A stretch of 32,000 nucleotides of DNA from the NCBI RefSeq assembly GCF_019603315.1, contig NZ_CP080649.1, positions 3,627,436 through 3,659,435 on the forward strand, written 5' to 3'. Under the pieces are notes generated by a model. The model was not told the DNA's origin. It ran no database searches and saw only the letters and a program-made list of their open reading frames with translations. Positions 26,054 through 32,000 of this stretch are shown here, one piece after another; position 1 is the first letter of the stretch; every line of letters starts with the position of its first letter. The DNA is from Ruficoccus sp. ZRK36 (lineage in GTDB: Bacteria; Verrucomicrobiota; Verrucomicrobiia; Opitutales; Cerasicoccaceae). Both the position numbers and the translations under genes were made by a program.

Positions 26054-27181
26054 TTAATTCGTGCTCTGGACCTCGGCGGCAGGGATGTCATCGAGGTTTT
26101 CCAACAGGAGGGCATCCGCATTGTACTCCTCGATCACAGCAGGCTGCGAGGGAGCGACTTGAGGAGCCGGGGCGGGGGCCGGAACAGCGGCCGCCGGAGA
26201 AGATGGTGCACGCGGTGCGGGCGTGGGAGCCGGAGCGCTCGGGGCCGGGTTACCGCCGACACCGGGGATGACCAGGGTCTGGCCGGCACGCAGGCTGCGC
26301 GGGTCGCTGATACCGTTGGCGGTCATCAGGGCCGAGACCTTCACGTCGTAGCGCTTGGCGATGGCGCCCAGCGTATCACCCTTTTTCACCAGGTAGCTAC
26401 CCTCGGGCACGGAAGCCGAGCTGGAGGAAGCAGAAGGAGCCGAGTAGCTCGCGCCACCGGCGGGGATCAGGAGCTCCTGCCCCACATAGATCGTGTTCGA
26501 GCTCAGGTTGTTGGCGCTCTTGATGGCGTTGACCGTGGTGCCGTTACGCTTGGCCAGCGTGGAGAGATTGTCACCGGGCTTAACCTTGTAGGTCTTGGCC
26601 GCGACATCAGCCGAAGCGGCTGCCCCGCCACTGAGGTCGTTCATCGGAGGCTCGAAAGACGCCGCACTCGATCCCGGGATGACCAGTACCTGGCCCACCT
26701 GGAGGACGGATTTGCGGTTCAGGCCGTTGGCATCCATCAGCTCGGAGAGGGTCAGGTCGTTGGCACGCGCGATGGTGGTGAGGTTGTCACCCTTCTTCAC
26801 GATATAGGTCGAAGAAGCTGCGGTCGCAGGCGCACCGGACGCGTCGACCGGCTCAAGCACGGCGACCTCCTCGGTCCCCTCGATCACTTCGGCGGGCTGC
26901 TGCTGGTTCAGATTCCAGCTCGGGCGCGTCGGCTCATAGCGCGGACGGGTGACCTGAGTGGTGGATTCCGATTTGATGGGAGTGCCGCCCACGGTGTATT
27001 GCTCCTGGCGGTAGTTCTCGTTCGCCTCGGAGACAACGGTCTCCTCAGGCGGGCCGACAACACCCTCCGAACCGGTGGTTTCGGGTTCGGGGCCGCTATT
27101 ACAGCCGGGGGTTGCAAAGAGGAATGCGATAACGGCCAGGTGCAGACCGATCACGCAGAGGAATATCTGACTGATTTTCAT
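26054..27181 (-). CDS. Secreted/lipoprotein-like protein with three LysM peptidoglycan-binding domains, embedded in the dcw cluster
   Basis: The preferred ATG at 27181 overlaps the murD TGA (ATGA) and is preceded by GGAGA 9 nt upstream. An alternative ATG at 27208 is the track start. Signal sequence MKISQIFLCVIGLHLAVIAFLFATPGC ends in a weak lipobox. The three LysM repeats are YIVKKGDNLTTIA...VGQVLVIPG, YKVKPGDNLSTLA...VGQELLIPA and YLVKKGDTLGAIA...AGQTLVIPG (nt ~26264-26809). A Pro/Ala linker and an acidic C-terminal peptide follow. No catalytic domain seen. Confidence 0.85.
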   Translation of the reverse strand: MKISQIFLCVIGLHLAVIAFLFATPGCNSGPEPETTGSEGVVGPPEETVVSEANENYRQEQYTVGGTPIKSESTTQVTRPRYEPTRPSWNLNQQQPAEVIEGTEEVAVLEPVDASGAPATAASSTYIVKKGDNLTTIARANDLTLSELMDANGLNRKSVLQVGQVLVIPGSSAASFEPPMNDLSGGAAASADVAAKTYKVKPGDNLSTLAKRNGTTVNAIKSANNLSSNTIYVGQELLIPAGGASYSAPSASSSSASVPEGSYLVKKGDTLGAIAKRYDVKVSALMTANGISDPRSLRAGQTLVIPGVGGNPAPSAPAPTPAPRAPSSPAAAVPAPAPAPQVAPSQPAVIEEYNADALLLENLDDIPAAEVQSTN

Positions 27182-28503
27182 GACGACTTTTCTCCAGTTT
27201 TTGCGCATGCGCTGTTCGTATCAGTGGCCATTTGTTTCTTCAAACTCAAAACCGCCTGCTCAAAGGCAAAACCACGCTGAGTGTAGTTCTCAAACATGTC
27301 CAAACTCGAAAATCCGGGGCTGAGCAGGACCACACCCGGGGTCTTTACCCGATTACGGGTCGCGGCAACGGCTTCGGGCAGGGTCTTACAGACCTGACAA
27401 GGGACTTTGGCGGCGGCCATCTGTTCCGCCAGAGCCGGTGCGGTCTCACCGATCAAAATAGCTGAGTCGATCTGCCCGGCAACGGCCTGGGCAAACGCCT
27501 GGAGGTCGCCCCCCTTCGATTTTCCACCACCGATCCAGCACACCGGGTCCTTAAAAGTCTTCAGAGCAGCCAGGGCAGAGGCGTAGTTGGTCGCCTTGGA
27601 GTCGTTCCAGTACTCCACCCCACCCCATTCTGACACGAGCTGCAGCCGGTGCCGGGGCAGCCGGAACTGGCTGGCCGAGGCCTCCAGCGCGTTGAGGTTC
27701 ATGCCCTCTTTTTCCCAGAAAGCCCGCACGAGCCGGTAATTCTCCTGCTGCGGGTAGCTCTGGAAGGGCGAGGTGGCAGGCGGGCCGCCCAGTTTGTCCT
27801 CACGGCGAACGACGCGGGTGAAGGACGGCAAGGTCTTGCCGAACTTCTCGGCCCAGCGGACAACGGACTCACCCACAACGAGGCTCGGGCGGGCCAACTG
27901 GTCAACCAGTCGCCACTTGGCCTCGAAATACTCCTCCATCGAGGTGTAGCGGTCGAGATGGTCCTCCTCAAAATTCGTCCAGATAAGCGACTGCGGACGG
28001 AAATACTTCAGGCACTCGGACTGGTAGGAGCTGACTTCGCATACCGCGAGCGCGCCCTCGTGGTTGCTCAGCTCAAAGAGTCGCGACATCGGGTAGCCGA
28101 TGTTACCCACTGCCACGGCCTTGTTTCCGGCGCGCTTGAAAGCGTAGGCGAGAAACTCCGTCACCGTGGTCTTACCATTGGTACCGGTCACGGCGATACA
28201 ACCGCCCCCCCAGAACAACGAGGCAAAGTCCAGCTCACCGAGTACCAGGCAACCGGCCTTGCGGGCAGCCTCAAACCACGGATGCGAGGGCGGGAAACCG
28301 GGGCTGTGGACGACGAGCCCATGCCGGGCAGCCTCCTTCGCGCCGAACTTTCGATGCGCATACTGCCCGCCGCGCTCGTCGAACACCTCGTACAGCCACC
28401 CCTGCGAGCGCAGCAAGTCCCCGGCGGCCGCGCCGCTGACCCCCGCGCCGAATATGGCAGCGGGTCGGTCGAGTAAGGGCTTGAGTAGATCGGGGGTTTC
28501 CAT
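27178..28503 (-). CDS. murD: UDP-N-acetylmuramoylalanine--D-glutamate ligase
   Basis: 441 aa with an N-terminal Rossmann motif (IFGAGVSGAAAG) and the Mur ligase P-loop VTGTNGKTTVT. Position between mraY and ftsW. Confidence 0.92.
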   Translation of the reverse strand: METPDLLKPLLDRPAAIFGAGVSGAAAGDLLRSQGWLYEVFDERGGQYAHRKFGAKEAARHGLVVHSPGFPPSHPWFEAARKAGCLVLGELDFASLFWGGGCIAVTGTNGKTTVTEFLAYAFKRAGNKAVAVGNIGYPMSRLFELSNHEGALAVCEVSSYQSECLKYFRPQSLIWTNFEEDHLDRYTSMEEYFEAKWRLVDQLARPSLVVGESVVRWAEKFGKTLPSFTRVVRREDKLGGPPATSPFQSYPQQENYRLVRAFWEKEGMNLNALEASASQFRLPRHRLQLVSEWGGVEYWNDSKATNYASALAALKTFKDPVCWIGGGKSKGGDLQAFAQAVAGQIDSAILIGETAPALAEQMAAAKVPCQVCKTLPEAVAATRNRVKTPGVVLLSPGFSSLDMFENYTQRGFAFEQAVLSLKKQMATDTNSACAKTGEKSS

Positions 28504-28515
28504 CGGTAAATAAGT

Positions 28516-29616
28516 TTAGCGCAGCTTAAGCGTGGCCAGTCCGGCAAAGGCGCACATCAGGGAGATAATCCAGAAACGTATCACGACTTTGTTTTCATGC
28601 CAGCCGAGGAGCTCGAAATGATGATGCAGCGGGGCCATGCGAAAGATGCGCTTACCCCGGAGCTTGAAGGATCCGATCTGCAGAATGACAGAGGCGGCCT
28701 CGGCCACGAAGATCCCGCCCACGATCAGCAAGGTGAAGGGCTGGTGGATAATAAAAGCGATCGTCCCGAGGATACCCCCGAGTGCGAGCGAGCCGGTGTC
28801 CCCCATAAAGACGGAGGCCGGGTGGCTGTTGAACCACAAAAAGACCAGGCTCGCCCCGACCAGAGCCGAGCATATCACGGCCAGCTCACCGGAGCCGGGC
28901 ACATAGCTGATCAGCAGATAGTCGGAGATGATGACGTTACCCGCAGCGTAGGCCATCAGACCGTAGACGAGTGTAGCGGTCACCGTACAGCCAATTGCCA
29001 GCCCGTCCACGCCGTCGGTCAGGTTGATGGCGTTACTGGAGCCCGCCATGACGAAGAAGAAAAAGATAAACGCGAACCAGATCGGCATCTCCGCGATGAG
29101 TGCTGACTTCAGGAAGGGCACCCACAGCTGGGACATCTTCAGGTGCGTATCCGGGTCCGCCAGGAGTAAGCCCAGTGCGACCAACGCGAGCACGCCCTGA
29201 CCGGCCAGTTTCCAGCGGCTGGAGAGGCCCTTGGAGTTTTTCTTGCTCACCTTCAGGTAATCATCGAGGAAGCCCAGACCGGTCAGCCCGGCGTAGACCA
29301 GCATCGTCACGATGACGTACATATTAGGCTCAGCCCACAGCAGTGTCGCGGTAAAGACCGAGACAAAGATGACCAGCCCGCCCATGGTCGGGGTGTCTTT
29401 CTTCCCGGCGTGCAGGTCGGCCAGCTTGCCCACCTCGTCCTTGTTGCGCAGGGTCTGGGATAGCTTGAGCTGGCGCAGGCGCGCAAAAATCCACGGCGCA
29501 GCGATAAAGCCGACCACAACGGCGGTTGCCGCCCCCATGGAGGCCCGGAACGTCAAGAAGCGAAATAGCCGCAGCGGGCCAAAGTATTCACTGAGATCAG
29601 CCAGATACGTCAGCAT
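28516..29616 (-). CDS. mraY: Phospho-N-acetylmuramoyl-pentapeptide transferase
   Basis: 366 aa polytopic membrane protein with conserved MraY blocks (KKDTPTMGG, NAINLTDGVDGLA, MGDTGSLALGG, PLHHHFEL). Confidence 0.96.
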   Translation of the reverse strand: MLTYLADLSEYFGPLRLFRFLTFRASMGAATAVVVGFIAAPWIFARLRQLKLSQTLRNKDEVGKLADLHAGKKDTPTMGGLVIFVSVFTATLLWAEPNMYVIVTMLVYAGLTGLGFLDDYLKVSKKNSKGLSSRWKLAGQGVLALVALGLLLADPDTHLKMSQLWVPFLKSALIAEMPIWFAFIFFFFVMAGSSNAINLTDGVDGLAIGCTVTATLVYGLMAYAAGNVIISDYLLISYVPGSGELAVICSALVGASLVFLWFNSHPASVFMGDTGSLALGGILGTIAFIIHQPFTLLIVGGIFVAEAASVILQIGSFKLRGKRIFRMAPLHHHFELLGWHENKVVIRFWIISLMCAFAGLATLKLR

Positions 29617-30998
29617 CGCTCGGCCCCTCCCTTTACGACGACCGGCAGCAAAGTCTCCAGCGCATAGGCACGGCTGCCCTTGAGCATGATCGCCCCCACA
29701 AACGCGGACACCTCGGGCTTCGCCGCTGCGGTTTCCGTGAAGAGCTTGATCTGGCTCGCCCGATTACCGGCCTTGAGCAGGCCATCGCGATAGCCATCGG
29801 CCTCGCTGCCGATCACCACTGCCCGGTCCTGCTCGCGCAGCTTGAGCTGCTCTGCCGTCTTGATATGAAAGCGGTAGCTGTCCACGCCCAGCTCCTTCAT
29901 CCCGCCAAGCACGTACAGGCGCGGCAGCTCAGACGGAGCGGCAACGGCAAAGGCGGCCATGGCCTCGGCCATCGAGGCAGGGTTGGCATTGTAGCTGTCC
30001 ACGAAAAAGCGCTGCTCTCCGTGCTGGAGCCACTCACCCCGCTGGGGTGAGGCCTTCCAGCGGGCCAGGCGCGTACGCACCGTCTCGGGAGAGACGCCGC
30101 AAAGCAGCGCAGCGGTGATGGCAAGCGCGGCGTTGCTGACCATGCCCGGCGAGTTAAACGGCAGCTCGCAGGAAATCGCCGGGATGGCCGCCGACTCCAA
30201 TTCGAGCCGGCAGCCTCCCACATCCACATTGCCTGGACGTATAACCACGCACTGTTCGTCAGGCAAAGTCCGGGCCAGGCTCTGGTCGTCCGTCACCACC
30301 AGCGCACGGGCACCCAGATCGCGGAAGGGTGCGTACTGCCAGCAGGTGCCGGGAAAGATAACTTTGGCAGCCGCAGCTCCCAGACGTGCCTTTTCGCGGG
30401 CTACGCCCTCGACCGTACCGAGGCGCTCCAGATGGGCGGGGGCAACGCATGTCACAAGCGCGAGGTCTGGATCGATCATAGACGCGAGCGTGTCCATCTC
30501 GCCGGGCTCGTTGATGCCCGCCTCGACCACGGCAAAGTCATGCTCACGCTCATCGAGCCGGGTCAGGGTCAGCGGGACGCCGAGAAAGTTATTCAGGTTG
30601 CCCTCGGTGCGCAGGGTACGCTCACCCAGCAGCAGCCCCAGCAGGTCCTTGGTCGAGGTCTTGCCGCAGCTACCGGTCACACCGATAACGCGCCCGGTGT
30701 AGTTCGCACGGTGGCTGGCCGCGATTTTCTGAAACGCCTCCAGCGTATCGGGCACGACGAGCTGAGGCAGCTCCTCAGAGACTTGATGCCGCACGAGAGC
30801 GGCATCTGCCCCACCCTCACGGGCGGCAGGTAAAAAGCTGTGACCGTCGCGGGCAGAAGTTTCGAGCGCGACAAACATATCCCCCTTGCGGATACGACGG
30901 GAGTCCTGCGTAAAGCCCTTGACCGACGCCGGGGCACGGTCGCCGGCCCACGAGCCACCGGTCCATTCTGCGAGATTGTCAGGCATGAAATCAGGCAT
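29610..30998 (-). CDS. murF: UDP-N-acetylmuramoyl-tripeptide--D-alanyl-D-alanine ligase
   Basis: 462 aa with the Mur ligase P-loop VTGSCGKTSTKD, then DSYNANP and typical MurF N- and C-domains. It overlaps murE by 8 nt and mraY by 7 nt. Confidence 0.92.
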   Translation of the reverse strand: MPDFMPDNLAEWTGGSWAGDRAPASVKGFTQDSRRIRKGDMFVALETSARDGHSFLPAAREGGADAALVRHQVSEELPQLVVPDTLEAFQKIAASHRANYTGRVIGVTGSCGKTSTKDLLGLLLGERTLRTEGNLNNFLGVPLTLTRLDEREHDFAVVEAGINEPGEMDTLASMIDPDLALVTCVAPAHLERLGTVEGVAREKARLGAAAAKVIFPGTCWQYAPFRDLGARALVVTDDQSLARTLPDEQCVVIRPGNVDVGGCRLELESAAIPAISCELPFNSPGMVSNAALAITAALLCGVSPETVRTRLARWKASPQRGEWLQHGEQRFFVDSYNANPASMAEAMAAFAVAAPSELPRLYVLGGMKELGVDSYRFHIKTAEQLKLREQDRAVVIGSEADGYRDGLLKAGNRASQIKLFTETAAAKPEVSAFVGAIMLKGSRAYALETLLPVVVKGGAERC

Positions 30999-32000
30999 CC
31001 GCGTTGAGGTTCTTCAGATTGATCAACTCACGGGCGACCTGACGGTCGTCAAAGGGGATAACCGTGTCGGCAAATTCCTGATAGGTCTCGTGGCCCTTAC
31101 CTGCGATCAGCAGGCAATCACCGGGACCGGCCTGCTCCATGGCCAACGAGATCGCGTGGCGGCGGTCCTCGACGAAGCTGATGCGCTCCGGCACGCTGAC
31201 CCCACCCTGCATATCCTCGAAGATCTGACCCAGATCCTCCTTGCGGGGGTTGTCGGCCGTAGCCCATGCGTAGTCGGCAAAGTTCTGCACCGCGTGCGTC
31301 ATCTTGGGGCGCTTGGTACGGTCGCGATCACCGCCGCAGCCGAAGACGACCAGCAGCTTGCCGGGCGTAATCTCGCGGAGCATGGTCAGGGCATTGGAGA
31401 GAGCATCGTCGGTGTGGGCATAGTCCACCAGCACCTGAAAGGGCTGTCCGGCCTCGACCTTTTCCATACGGCCGGGGACTCCGCCAAAGGCAGCGATACG
31501 CCGCACCAGATCGGCGGGAGACTTACCGTGAGCATAGGCCAGGCCAATGGCGGCCACGGTATTGGCGACATTGAAGTGTCCCAGCAAGGGCGTCTTGATT
31601 TCCACGCGCCCTTCGGGCCATACGAGGTCAAAGGTGCTGCCGTCGGCCCCGAGCTTGACGTGCTCGGCGCGCAGGTCGGCGTCTGCACAGACCCCAAAGG
31701 TGATGATACGCACGCCCTCGGGGATCATGCCCACGAGGCGACGACCGTAGGGGTCGTCGATGTTGATCAGCACCGTTTCAGGCACAGAGCCAAGCGCACC
31801 GGTAAAGAGGCGGGTCTTGGCCTCAAAGTAGGCCTCCATGTTGCGGTGGTAATCGATGTGGTCCTGGGTCAGGTTCAGGAACGCCGCCACCGGGAAACGC
31901 ACACCGTCCACACGCTGCTGCTGGATGGCGTGTGAGCTGACCTCAAGCACCGCCTGTTTGCAGCCCTCGCTCACCATCTGGTTGAGCATGGAGTAAATAT
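30991..32000 (-). CDS. murE: UDP-N-acetylmuramoyl-L-alanyl-D-glutamate--2,6-diaminopimelate ligase, C-terminal two thirds (5' end outside the window)
   Basis: The ORF is open to the window edge. Central and C-terminal Mur ligase domains are present (LEVSSHA, NLTQDHIDYH, VDYAHTDDAL, VFGCGGDRD), plus the DNPR motif (nt 31243-31254) associated with meso-DAP specificity. Confidence 0.93.
   Translation of the reverse strand, partial: IYSMLNQMVSEGCKQAVLEVSSHAIQQQRVDGVRFPVAAFLNLTQDHIDYHRNMEAYFEAKTRLFTGALGSVPETVLINIDDPYGRRLVGMIPEGVRIITFGVCADADLRAEHVKLGADGSTFDLVWPEGRVEIKTPLLGHFNVANTVAAIGLAYAHGKSPADLVRRIAAFGGVPGRMEKVEAGQPFQVLVDYAHTDDALSNALTMLREITPGKLLVVFGCGGDRDRTKRPKMTHAVQNFADYAWATADNPRKEDLGQIFEDMQGGVSVPERISFVEDRRHAISLAMEQAGPGDCLLIAGKGHETYQEFADTVIPFDDRQVARELINLKNLNADA

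Noticed and set aside
25922-27280. 452-aa plus-strand ORF
   Set aside because: Antisense to the LysM gene and the ftsW 5' end. The minus-strand frame gives three clean LysM repeats, so the plus frame is the shadow.
1-32000. Search for CRISPR arrays, transposase/integrase genes, terminal inverted repeats, defence-system genes and toxin-antitoxin pairs
   Set aside because: No regularly spaced direct repeats and no ORF with recognisable mobile-element or defence motifs. The only accessory-looking segment is the single lower-GC secreted-protein gene, which has no flanking repeats that I could see.

Overview
High-GC (roughly 60% or more) bacterial chromosomal segment. I found no rRNA, tRNA, CRISPR array, transposase, integrase or recognisable defence genes. 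Most long plus-strand ORFs in the track are antisense shadows of minus-strand genes. The right half (17.2-32 kb, minus strand) is one tightly packed division/cell-wall (dcw) cluster: murE(partial)-murF-mraY-murD-[LysM protein]-ftsW-murG-murC::murB fusion-ddl-ftsQ-ftsA-ftsZ, followed by a Fur-family regulator. The left half is mostly housekeeping: methylmalonyl-CoA mutase 3' end, a 5S-type carboxyltransferase, a GPH/MFS transporter, the panB-gpsA-orf93 operon, and a PPP phosphatase-isochorismatase-mgtE operon. It is interrupted by less ordinary genes: two tandem paralogous single-pass membrane proteins with proline-rich tails, a SET-domain methyltransferase with a histone-H1-like Lys/Ala tail, and a lower-GC single-gene cassette for a 937-aa secreted protein with TSP3-like calcium-binding repeats. 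I do not see a clear multi-gene novel system. The best candidates for follow-up are the SET-H1-like fusion, the LysM protein embedded in and translationally coupled within the dcw operon, the tandem paralog pair, the MurC-MurB fusion, and a perfect 20-bp palindrome between convergent genes. All functional calls rest on motif and family recognition by eye, with no database search. The gene content feels PVC/Verrucomicrobiota-like, but that cannot be verified here.
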